In this document: one piece after another, positions 10,014 through 20,044 of the stretch
How positions within the stretch are numbered: position 1 is the stretch's first letter
Layout of the letters: the number at the start of each line of letters is the position of its first letter
NCBI RefSeq assembly: GCF_001194135.2
Contig: NC_068986.1
Span: 20,970,004-21,005,235 of the forward strand
Direction of reading: 5' to 3'
From: Octopus bimaculoides
Taxonomy: Eukaryota
Length of the DNA stretch: 35,232 nt
Program-made: the position numbers and the translations under genes
Notes under the pieces: model-generated
What the model was told of the DNA's origin: nothing
Databases searched by the model: none
Seen by the model: only the letters and a program-made list of their open reading frames with translations

Positions 10014-10266
10014 CTGTGGTTCTCAACGGTTTTTTGCTTACTAGCCCCCTTAATTCCTAATTTTACTCGAGTGGAGCCTCATAGCCATTCGATGTTTCAA
10101 AGATCTTATGTTATTGTAATTAAATGTTTCTAAGAATTGTATTAAAAAAGTGTTACAATATTTTGTGTATTGTAGACGTATAACCAATTTATTGCAAATA
10201 AATTTTAACAAAAAAAATCTTATGTGGGCCACCAAAGGCTTTATGGACCCCGGTTGAGAAACACTC
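10014..10266. mobile_element. hAT-superfamily MITE (253 bp)
   Basis: TIRs CTGTGGTTCTCAAC / GTTGAGAAACACTC. TSD ATTTATAC (10006-10013) / ATTTAGAC (10267-10274), 7/8 match. Confidence 0.85.
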
Positions 10267-10615
10267 ATTTAGACTGACTGTACTTAGTAAGAATTTAGTT
10301 CCTTGTTCATAGATGAAATGCAGAACTACGAGGAGTAATGAGTTGTCGATTTATCCATTTGCGACATAGCTTAAAGAACAGAAGTGAACTATTAATTTAG
10401 TTCTTCAGTTTGTTTTAGGAATCGGGACAAAAGCTATGCTAAGACACCGTCATCAATACATTAAATATTTTAAGATATTTTTCTTCACAAAGAAACCAAG
10501 TTGTACACAAAACTTATAATCTCATTGTTTCCTAATTTTTCCATAAACAAGATTTCAGATTCAAATTAATATGTTCCCACAATGTAGAATTGATGGCGTT
10601 TTAACGCTAATTCAC

Positions 10616-10812
10616 ATATCGTATGTGATGACAGAAAAGACGCCCGACCATATAGACGCACCCTATTTCAACAGCATATATTCAGGAAAAAGTGACCAGG
10701 GAAAAAAAACTGAGCTATGGGAAACTCAACTTCGCATATAGGACCCAAGGTGATTTTTTTTGAGACTTTATTTGGAAAAAGGAGTCCGTTTTATATACCA
10801 TCAAATATAATT
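10616..10812. mobile_element. Possible very degenerate pogo/Tigger-like MITE
   Basis: AAGACGCCC...TAGACGCACCC near the left end. The right end reverse-complements the left at ~17/26 positions. No clear TSD. Confidence 0.3.
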
Positions 10813-10828
10813 TTCTATATCATTACAC

Positions 10829-11118
10829 GTTGTTACTTGTTCCTTCTCGAGCTCATAAGAGCCGGTTTCCCGGTTTCATTGGTGTATAGGTTCCCCACCT
10901 GAACGGGATGCCGGTCCGTCGCAGGCGAGCAGCTAGGCGCAGGAGGAAAGAGTGAGAGAAAGTTGTGACGAAAGAGTCAGCAGAACTTCGCCACTACCTT
11001 CTGCCGGAGCCGCGTGGATCTTAGGTGTTTCGCTCATAAACACACACCTCGCCCGGTCTGAGATTCAAACCCGCGATCTCTCGACCGCGAGTCTGCTGCT
11101 CTAACCACTTATCATTGC
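10829..11118 (-). mobile_element. SINE with family C head and alternative tail T2
   Basis: Head and body match 7698/22749. The tail is CCTGCGACGGACCGGCATCCCGTTCAGG...GAAACCGGGAAACCGGCTCTTATGAGCTC instead of T1. Confidence 0.8.
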
Positions 11119-11132
11119 ATGTTACGCTAATA

Positions 11133-11310
11133 TTCTTTCAAACTTTGGCACAAGGCCAGCAATCTTAGGGGGAGTGGAATAGTCGATTACATATATAGTG
11201 TCCAGCACTTCACTGGTACTTGATCTTGGCGGAATTTGAACTGAGAATATAGAGAGCCGGAAGAAATGGCGCTACGTATATTGTCCGACACGCTCATGAT
11301 TCTGCCCGCT
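11133..11310 (-). mobile_element. SINE family A, degenerate with internal deletion
   Basis: GGCACAAGGCC, AGTCGATTAC, CTGGTACT and GGCGGAATTTGAACT occur in the family A order. Confidence 0.7.
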
Positions 11311-11507
11311 GGTTGCAGCGTGTTATGCAATTGTTATAGTCATTTTATGAGAAGGAACAGTGCAATACATGCATAACAATAAAGAGCTATTCGTCATGCA
11401 ACAGCTACAGCCAATAGTTTGGTTGTGCAACCCACTAACTGTATGATTTATTACTATATACAACATATAACAATTGTTATGTGTTCGTGTATATGTAATA
11501 AGCGTAT

Positions 11508-11715
11508 GCATGGCTGCGAGGTTAGGTGGTTTGCTTCGCAACTACATTGTTTCGGGTTCACTCCTACCACGCAGCATCTGGCGCAAGAGTCTTATCCCAA
11601 AGCTCTGGACCAACCAAAGCCTTGTGAGTGAGTGAATTTGGTTGACGAAAACTGTGTGTAAGCCGGAGGTATATTATGTGGGCATGTCTTTGCATATATC
11701 CCCTCTCTCTTTCTT

Positions 11716-11749
<34 letters not shown>

Positions 11750-11803
11750 TGCTTTAAAACCGGTATTGATTTGTTTAGTTCCCGTAACTTAGCGGTTCAG
11801 CTA
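11508..11803 (+). mobile_element. SINE family B, diverged; internal (CT)n(CA)n; truncated by a gap
   Basis: Matches the 12606 copy: CGGGTTCA, CAACCAAAGCCTTGTGAGTG, CCCGTAACTTAGCGGTTC. Confidence 0.75.
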
Positions 11804-12605
11804 NNNNNNNNNNNNNNNNNNNNNNNNNNNNNNNNNNNNNNNNNNNNNNNNNNNNNNNNNNNNNNNNNNNNNNNNNNNNNNNNNNNNNNNNNNNNNNNNN
11901 NNNNNNNNNNNNNNNNNNNNNNNNNNNNNNNNNNNNNNNNNNNNNNNNNNNNNNNNNNNNNNNNNNNNNNNNNNNNNNNNNNNNNNNNNNNNNNNNNNNN
12001 NNNNNNNNNNNNNNNNNNNNNNNNNNNNNNNNNNNNNNNNNNNNNNNNNNNNNNNNNNNNNNNNNNNNNNNNNNNNNNNNNNNNNNNNNNNNNNNNNNNN
12101 NNNNNNNNNNNNNNNNNNNNNNNNNNNNNNNNNNNNNNNNNNNNNNNNNNNNNNNNNNNNNNNNNNNNNNNNNNNNNNNNNNNNNNNNNNNNNNNNNNNN
12201 NNNNNNNNNNNNNNNNNNNNNNNNNNNNNNNNNNNNNNNNNNNNNNNNNNNNNNNNNNNNNNNNNNNNNNNNNNNNNNNNNNNNNNNNNNNNNNNNNNNN
12301 NNNNNNNNNNNNNNNNNNNNNNNNNNNNNNNNNNNNNNNNNNNNNNNNNNNNNNNNNNNNNNNNNNNNNNNNNNNNNNNNNNNNNNNNNNNNNNNNNNNN
12401 NNNNNNNNNNNNNNNNNNNNNNNNNNNNNNNNNNNNNNNNNNNNNNNNNNNNNNNNNNNNNNNNNNNNNNNNNNNNNNNNNNNNNNNNNNNNNNNNNNNN
12501 NNNNNNNNNNNNNNNNNNNNNNNNNNNNNNNNNNNNNNNNNNNNNNNNNNNNNNNNNNNNNNNNNNNNNNNNNNNNNNNNNNNNNNNNNNNNNNNNNNNN
12601 NNATA

Positions 12606-12995
12606 GGCTCAGTAGTGCTGTGTGGTAAGTAGATTGCTCCCTAACAACATGGTCCCGGTTTCAGTCCCACTGCGTGGCACCTTGGACAAGTGTCTTCTAC
12701 TATAGCCTCGGGCCGACCAAAACCTTGTGAGTGGATTTGGTAGACGGGGACTGGAAGAAGCCCGTCGTATATGTGTGTATATATTTTGTGTGCCTGTGTT
12801 TGTCCCCCCAACATCGCTTGACAACCGATGGTGGTGTGTTTACGTCCCCGTAACTTAGCGGTTCGGCAAAAGAAACCCATAAAATAAGTACTAGGCTGGG
12901 AAAGAATAAGTTCTGAGGTCGATTTGCTCGACTAAAGGCGGTGCTCCAGCATGGCCGCAGTCAGATGGCTGAAACAAGTAAAAGAGTAATTAACT
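12606..12995 (+). mobile_element. SINE family B, full length (tRNA head, CORE-like segment, internal microsatellite, tail)
   Basis: TGTGTGGTAAG (A-box region) and GGTTTCAGTCC (B-box-like). TGGCACCTTGGACAAGTG resembles the MIR/CORE motif TGACCTTGGGCAAGT. Ends GAAACAAGTAAAAGAG plus (TAA)n. Confidence 0.9.
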
Positions 12996-13292
12996 AATAA
13001 TAATAATAAAAGAAGTGAAATAAAACCAGTGCGGGTGTATATTATTGACATAATGACCCTCCTGTGGTAAACTAATAAACAGTTTTCCAAGTTTTAACCG
13101 CAGTTAGCTTTTCTAGATCCTCACTATAAAAAATCTTTCTCGCTCTTCAGAAACCATCATAGACAATAATTGTAAATAAAAATAAGCAGCTGTAATGATA
13201 AAAAGAGTCTTCTGATTTGAAACCATATTTTTGTGACTGCCCTACTGTAAAATTGCCACATTTCCTATTGGTTTAGAGTTATTTGTTGCTGA

Positions 13293-13462
13293 GAATGGTG
13301 GATTAGCAGACCAGTTAGAACGTCCGAAAAAAGCTTTGCGATATTCGTTTCGGCTCTTTATACTCTGCGATCAAGTCCTGTTAAATTCATGCTACCCGTT
13401 CATCTTTCCAGGGTAGATAAAATAAAGTACCCGTCAAGTACTTTCTCTAATCAAATCGACAG
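13293..13462 (+). mobile_element. SINE family A-related, highly diverged
   Basis: GGTGGATTAGCAGA...GTTAG head. TTCATCTTTCCAGGGTAGATAAAATAAAGTACC body. Confidence 0.5.
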
Positions 13463-13699
13463 TCGATCTGTGCCAGCAACCTGTGGGCTAGCGTGGAAGG
13501 GTAGGGACTCAAATTCTCACATAACCGTGGGGCTTCGGTGTCAGGTTAAGGGACACATTAGCCGGAGTAGACGGTCGTTACATCAGTTTTATAAATTTGT
13601 AACACCCTGAGTTAATACGACACACACACACACATATTCTGTCATTAAACTCACATATATATTCACACACCGTCTATATCTCCTTCTCACTCCTTTTCA

Positions 13700-13764
13700 C
13701 TTCCCTTATTTCTCTTTCTCCCTCTCTATATATATACACACATAAACAAACACATACTTATATT

Positions 13765-13846
<82 letters not shown>

Positions 13847-14082
13847 TATATATTTGTATGCATATACGTGCATGAGTGTGTGCATGTGTGTGTAGGTGTG
13901 TGTGTGTGTGTCGCGCGCGCGTGTGTAAATATATATACATATATTTATATATATATTCACACATACACACACACATATATATATACAGATATATATACAT
14001 ACATATATATATTTATATATATATACATACACACACACACATATATGTATACAGATATATGTATACAGATATATGTATACAG

Positions 14083-14120
<38 letters not shown>

Positions 14121-14121
14121 C
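13700..14121. repeat. Compound (TA)n/(TG)n/(CA)n microsatellite block
   Basis: Directly visible; source of the YIYI pseudo-ORFs. Confidence 0.97.
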
Positions 14122-15099
14122 TTTAGAGCCAACCCCATTAAAAGCGATAACGCATAAGAAAAAGAATAAATCTATTTGTTGGCCTGTGTATAATTATTAC
14201 TCACGGTGTCATTAAGTACGCAAAGAAAAGAAAAGAAACGGAGAGATTGAATGAGAGAGAAAGAGGAAGGGGAGGGAGTGGGTGGAGGAAAGGAAATGTA
14301 TAACAAAGTACAGACAAGACGACACTGTCTCTGGACATGAAATGTTATCTTAACAGCAAGAAGGCTAACAAGTAAACAGATGCAGATAAATACACGGTTG
14401 TTAGCCCTATTCTTCTGCAGTCCTAATGAATCACCCCTTCAATTCATTGTTTCTCTAATCAAATCCACCGGTTTATATCGATTACCATTACGATCATACG
14501 CATTTATCGGTTTTTGTATCTTCTCCTTATCTTGGACTCTTGGCATTTGAATTAAAAACAAAGAGGTTGCATTGTTCGATGCACTGTCATTGCCATTTCG
14601 TTTACAATACAAAATCCTATTTGCACGAGAGTTGAACATTAGGATTCGATGGCTGCCACACACTTCTAGTTACTCATTCAAAGTAGTAATGGTTACTCTT
14701 CTATTGTTATATTCTTTAGATAAATCCTTACATTTACCTCCTATTGTTCATTTTTTTTTTAATATATGTTGTGATAAAAGCCTCTTTATGCTAAAATATT
14801 AATCCCTCTTGGGCTTAAGCAACAATATGAGAAAGACTACGAAAAGCGGTGCTACTTAATTCTGAAAACACAATAATCGTTTCTTCAATAAATTATTGAA
14901 GAAGAAATCCTTGGCGATAGCATGTCAAAACCGTATCCTAAGACTAATTTTCAATAACGAATGAGTATAGTTGTAGTAAGAGGGAGGTTTTGAAAAAGCA
15001 TGGAATATAAACCAGTGATCGTTAATTGTACTTATGTTCAGCAGCGAAATAACAGTCATTAGGGCATATGACGAAATATATTACGTTCTTTGTTCTGGT

Positions 15100-15182
15100 T
15101 TACTGCGCTCTGAGTTCAAATCCCACCGAGGGCAGCTTTGTCTTTTATCTTTCAGAGGATCGATAAAATAAAATTACTAGTC
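15100..15182 (+). mobile_element. SINE family A fragment (B-box and body)
   Basis: CTCTGAGTTCAAATCCCACCGAGG...CTTTGTCTTTTATCTTTCAGAGGATCGATAAAATAA. Confidence 0.6.
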
Positions 15183-16437
15183 CAGGAGGTGGTAGTCTGG
15201 TGGAACTCTGCAGTTCTCTTGCAGTATTTGTTCCGGCTCTTTGCATTCTGGGTTCCTGGAGTTTATCTCCGCAAAAAGAAAGGATCAGTATATTCTTGTA
15301 CAAAATGTAATTCACTGTTTTCTAACGATAACACGAATATATAACTATATACAAAGACACTGATCATATCGAATCTAAAATCCCCTTTGTTGCTAACATC
15401 CTGGTTTGTTATAAGCTTCTTTTGTATAGCGAAATTAATTCGTCGCTCGGTTTAAAATACTACCTGGTCATTTGGTGCCTTTATCGTGCCCTGTAGCAAG
15501 CGTTTAGGCCAGATCTCCGATTTATAGATAACTTTCTTCTTTACTCCCACCAGTCTCGGAAGATGAGACCTGAAAAAAATGAATGGTCATGGGAGTTGCC
15601 CTCTTCCCTGACGAATTATTTCCTTAACCAAAAATGAAGAATTCCCGTCGGAGCATGTGGCTTGTTGCAAATACAAGCCATTGAAAAGACGCCACAACGC
15701 CGAAATGCATCTGACGGTCTCACTAGCCGCTACCGGAACGCATTTTCGTCTCTCTGATATTTATTGTGTTTTTAATACAAGTTTATAAGAGATGTTATCT
15801 NNNNNNNNNNNNNNNNNNNNNNNNNNNNNNNNNNNNNNNNNNNNNNNNNNNNNNNNNNNNNNNNNNNNNNNNNNNNNNNNNNNNNNNNNNNNNNNNNNNN
15901 NNNNNNNNNNNNNNNNNNNNNNNNNNNNNNNNNNNNNNNNNNNNNNNNNNNNNNNNNNNNNNNNNNNNNNNNNNNNNNNNNNNNNNNNNNNNNNNNNNNN
16001 NNNNNNNNNNNNNNNNNNNNNNNNNNNNNNNNNNNNNNNNNNNNNNNNNNNNNNNNNNNNNNNNNNNNNNNNNNNNNNNNNNNNNNNNNNNNNNNNNNNN
16101 NNNNNNNNNNNNNNNNNNNNNNNNNNNNNNNNNNNNNNNNNNNNNNNNNNNNNNNNNNNNNNNNNNNNNNNNNNNNNNNNNNNNNNNNNNNNNNNNNNNN
16201 NNNNNNNNNNNNNNNNNNNNNNNNNNNNNNNNNNNNNNNNNNNNNNNNNNNNNNNNNNNNNNNNNNNNNNNNNNNNNNNNNNNNNNNNNNNNNNNNNNNN
16301 NNNNNNNNNNNNNNNNNNNNNNNNNNNNNNNNNNNNNNNNNNNNNNNNNNNNNNNNNNNNNNNNNNNNNNNNNNNNNNNNNNNNNNNNNNNNNNNNNNNN
16401 NNNNNNNNNNNNNNNNNNNNNNNNNNNNNNNNNNNAC

Positions 16438-16440
<3 letters not shown>

Positions 16441-16480
<40 letters not shown>
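16441..16480. repeat. (TG)n microsatellite beside a gap
   Basis: Directly visible. Confidence 0.97.
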
Positions 16481-16482
<2 letters not shown>

Positions 16483-17090
16483 ACGTATAGTTTTTTAGGC
16501 CTAGTAACATCTGAAACATTAATTTCTACAGAGGTAACTGTACTGAAACAATATTACAGTTTCTAAACTGTACCAAAATAAATTTGAGTGCGTGTGTGTG
16601 AGAGCATTCGTGAGTGCGTGCCTGAGCGTTAGCGCGTATGTTAACATCGTTAGATCTCGGACTTACATATGGCTTCCTTTATGATTTTATTTTGTCCATC
16701 TTTCACATGTCTTCTATTTCCTACAGTTGAATTACATTTTAAGTGGGTGGAAAAAAAGCGCTGGTAATTTGGTTTTATATTTATATACATCAGAAACCGT
16801 TTGTTTCATTATTTTATAACATAAATTTCACGAACATGTGCTGTTGAAACTAATAATTTTAGAAAAGATAACCATAATTCAGGGCTCACAGAATCTCTCT
16901 ATAAAACCTGGTCGTACCATGGACGACTGAGACCATGCAGAGTGAAGGCAAAATACGTTCAACCCGCACTGTCCCTTACTCACCGTACATATATGTTCGC
17001 CCATATTTGCATTCACAAACACTTACACACACACTTTTCTATTATTCACTCATGTGCGAGTAAATTCTTACACACACACACACACACACT

Positions 17091-17416
17091 AGGAAGAAGG
17101 AAGGAACACTCCGTCGGTTACGACGACGAGTGTCTCAGCTGATACGATCAACGGAACATCTTGCTCGTGAAATTAACGTGCAAGTGGCTGAGCACTCCAC
17201 AGACACGTGTACTCTTAACGTAGTTTTCAGCGTGATACAGAATGTGACAAGACTGGCCCTTTGAAATACAGGTACTACTCATTTTTGCCAGCTGAATGGA
17301 CTGGAGCAACGTGAAATAAAGTGTCTTGCTCAAGGACACAACGCGTCGCCGGGAATTGAACTCACGACTTTACGATCGTCAGCCGAATGCCCTAACCACT
17401 AAGCCACGTGCCTTCA
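17091..17416 (-). mobile_element. SINE family D (tRNA head, CORE-like segment) with tail T1
   Basis: Minus strand GGCACGTGGCTTAGTGGTTAGG...GAGTTCAATTCCC, then GTGTCCTTGAGCAAGACAC (CORE-like), then GTACCTGTATTTCAAAGGGCCAG as at 7906-7927. Confidence 0.85.
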
Positions 17417-17464
17417 CGAACACACACACACTTTTAATCATAGTTTCAAAACATTTTCTACCTC

Positions 17465-17947
17465 GGATCTTGTTCAAAACGGGAGCACCAGTATTTTCTT
17501 AACGAAACACTTTGAAACTTGGGACACTGGTAGAATGTGTCATATAAAACATATTTTTCTCTTAGTCTTCTTAACAAAAAAAAACGTACATCGCNNNNNN
17601 NNNNCTATTATAGGCACAAGGCATGGTTTTTGAGGGAAGGAGCAAGTCAATTAGGGTTAGGTAAAACGAACACACGTGTGTTGCCTCTGCAAAATGTCAG
17701 AAGTAATGGACATTAAATACGCTTTACACCGCTTAGGAGTAACTGTAAACAGCTGAATACTTGTCAGTGATTGGTTGAAATTATCGAAATAAGACAATTT
17801 TTTACATGAAATAAATCCGAATACAAAAATTTTTTTCTGTTCTATAACACAAAATAGATAAGTATACGAAGTTTGAAAGTCTTTCGGTACCAAAAACACT
17901 ACATAAAACATTAATGAAAACTGGTGCCCCCGTTTTGAACAAGATCC
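17465..17947. mobile_element. Non-autonomous DNA transposon (MITE) with GG termini, 28-bp TIRs and 8-bp TSD; hosts a SINE A fragment (~17605-17652)
   Basis: TIRs GGATCTTGTTCAAAACGGGAGCACCAGT / ACTGGTGCCCCCGTTTTGAACAAGATCC (27/28). Perfect TSD TCTACCTC (17457-17464 and 17948-17955). Confidence 0.92.
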
Positions 17948-18864
17948 TCTACCTCCTTTACTTCTTGACATTCTTTGGCATTTTTAGCAAATGCGCTCTT
18001 TGCCTTTCTGTTCAACTTCTTAATATTGGGCCAACCAACGAGAAATCTCCCAAGCCAGATCGCATTCGAATCACAACGATCATCTAACGATTTTTAAAAC
18101 ACCAGACCACCTGAAACCGCCCTCGATTCAACCATACAAATTTCCTGTTTCGAAGTGATCGAAGTTAAAAACTTCCATCAAAATTCCTCGTTGACACCAT
18201 AACAACAAATAATGAATTTAGTTTACCAAATTCTTCATTTTCAAAACTAATTGAAACAAAGGCAGTGTTTATGTATTTAGTTTGCAAGATTCTTGATGTG
18301 AATTCGTGTGCTGACACAAATTTCGTTGTGCCGTGGGAGAGTCATTACGCCAATGATAATACACGCACAGGTTTAATTCCATTTCTTTATTGTTAGTCAA
18401 GTGGTTAAATATCTAACCAACTAACTAATCGATCGTTTGTTTAATGTGCTGGTTAATAAAGAAGCGCTATTGAACCAGTACATGTGTTATTATTGGCGTA
18501 ATGACCCTCCTAAGACAACAAAGGCAGTGTATTTTAACAAAAATATGATTTAAAAAAGGGTGTGGTAACGAAGGAAGATTTGAATAATTTACATCAAACA
18601 CCGATGCCGGGCAAACGAATAAATATATATAAATATTTCTTCCTTCTTGGAGTTGATTCTTCCGACGCGAGAAAAAAAAGCGTGTAATATGCAAAACAGG
18701 CAGTAAACTAAAAATACAATAGTACAGAGTGGTGACATTTAGTAGAGATGACCCGGAAGTTGTTCCTCTTCGATTACTATCGCAAACAGCAGTAGCTTTC
18801 TTCAACTAAATACATGTCCATTATTTACATTTGACGGATATTTGTCCTGATCTTGTTTGTTGTT

Positions 18865-18910
18865 AACACAACGTTTCGGCTGATATACCCTCCAGCCTTC
18901 ATCAGGTGTC
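18865..18910 (-). ncRNA. Minimal type I hammerhead ribozyme motif (intact copy)
   Basis: RNA reads GACAC-CUGAUGA-A-GGCUG-GAGGGUAUAU-CAGCC-GAAA-C-GUU-GUGUU: core CUGAUGA/GAAA, 5-bp stem II, stem I GACAC/GUGUU, loop-less self-complementary stem III (ACGU), GUU triplet. One extra A after the core. Confidence 0.7.
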
Positions 18911-19119
18911 TTGGGTAAATTTCGAACCTGGGTTCTCATCCTTAAGGCATTTTTCGATGTTATTATTATTATTATTATAGATGTTTTCGATCTAGTTTGG
19001 ATTCTTTGCCATCAAATTTGATTGCAAAGAATTCAAATTTGATGGCAAAGAATCCATACTACATCGAAAACATCTATATTATTATTAGGAATGACAGCCC
19101 AGGTTCAAAATTTCCCCAA

Positions 19120-19165
19120 CACACCTGATGAAGATCGGAGGATATATCAGCCGAAACGTTGTGTT
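19120..19165 (+). ncRNA. Minimal hammerhead ribozyme motif, degenerate copy (stem II disrupted)
   Basis: CACAC-CTGATGA-A-GATCG-GAGGATATAT-CAGCC-GAAA-C-GTT-GTGTT. Core intact; two mismatches in stem II. Confidence 0.5.
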
Positions 19166-19447
19166 AACAACAAACAAGATGAGAAATATCCGTCAAGTGT
19201 AAATAATGTCCATAATTCCTCATCTCTTATATATAGAACTGAATACATGTCGTTGATTGGTTGAAATTATCCATATTCGACAACTTTAACACGAAATAAC
19301 TTCTAAAATACCAAATTTTGTCAAAAATGTTCAAACTACACCTTGTTCTGCGTGAGAAGAATACGAAGTATACAAAGTTTCAAACTGCTTAGTTAAAAAA
19401 TGAATAATTAAAAAATCTGTGAGCCAAACCTGAACAGATCCATCAAA

Positions 19448-19483
19448 GGGATCCATAGGCACAAAAAATAGTTGAGAACTGCT
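19448..19483. mobile_element. One-ended fragment of the hAT MITE family at 10014/21844
   Basis: GGGATCCATAGGCACAAAAAATAGTTGAGAAC resembles GGGGTCCATAGATAAAAAATGGTTGAGAAC (22133-22162). Confidence 0.55.
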
Positions 19484-19907
19484 ACCCTACAGGATAAATC
19501 ACTTCTCCACACCCCACTTCTCTTTGTCCACAAAGTTTATAACTTCACCTCAACCTATTCCTTTCATTTCTGTTTTGCTTTAAAAATTAGTATTTCTTAA
19601 TTTATTGTATTGTTATTTAGACGGACGGTTAAATCTGAATTCCTTTAAATCTAGCTACGTTAGACCGAGCATCGACTGTACATACTCAACCACGCTCTCA
19701 CACACAAGCGCGCAGACACACATATATATATGCATAAATATACATACGCATATACATATACCCACACATTGTACCCATATATGCTCATATATGGGTACAA
19801 TGTGTGGGTTGGTGTTTATGTATCTTCCTTCGTTACCCACTCTTTTTTTAATCATATTTTTTAATTAAAATACACTGCCTTTGTTGTCTTGGGAGGGTCA
19901 TTACAAA

Positions 19908-19980
19908 TATATGTATATATATGTGTGTGTGTGTGTGTATATATATATGTGTGTGTGTGTATATATATATGTATGTGTTT

Positions 19981-20044
<64 letters not shown>

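Larger units (their letters stand above)
18819..19241. mobile_element. Palindromic Penelope-like (PLE) terminal-repeat insertion, two head-to-head copies
   Basis: 18819-18950 and 19085-19210 are reverse complements (~85-90%). Flanked by direct repeat AATACATGTC (18809-18818 and 19242-19251). Each arm has a hammerhead motif. PLE origin is inferred from the hammerhead type. Confidence 0.75.
18498..19904. mobile_element. Segment bounded by ~82-bp inverted repeats (possible foldback/long-TIR transposon)
   Basis: 18498-18579 GTAATGACCCTCCTAAGACAACAAAGGCAGTGTATTTTAA...GGTAACGAAGGAAGAT matches the reverse complement of 19822-19904 at about 90%. No TSD found. Confidence 0.6.

Noticed and set aside
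14268-14290. G-rich run GGGGAGGGAGTGGGTGGAGG (possible G-quadruplex)
   Set aside because: Only three G3+ tracts within generic purine-rich low-complexity sequence.
14881-14903. 23-bp palindrome TTCTTCAATAA-A-TTATTGAAGAA
   Set aside because: Short and AT-rich; expected occasionally by chance.
16975-16986. Perfect minus-strand donor GTGAGTAAG
   Set aside because: The would-be exon upstream is CA/TG low-complexity sequence with no acceptor.
17651-17661. TTAGGGTTAGG telomere-like motif
   Set aside because: Fewer than two full units; chance.
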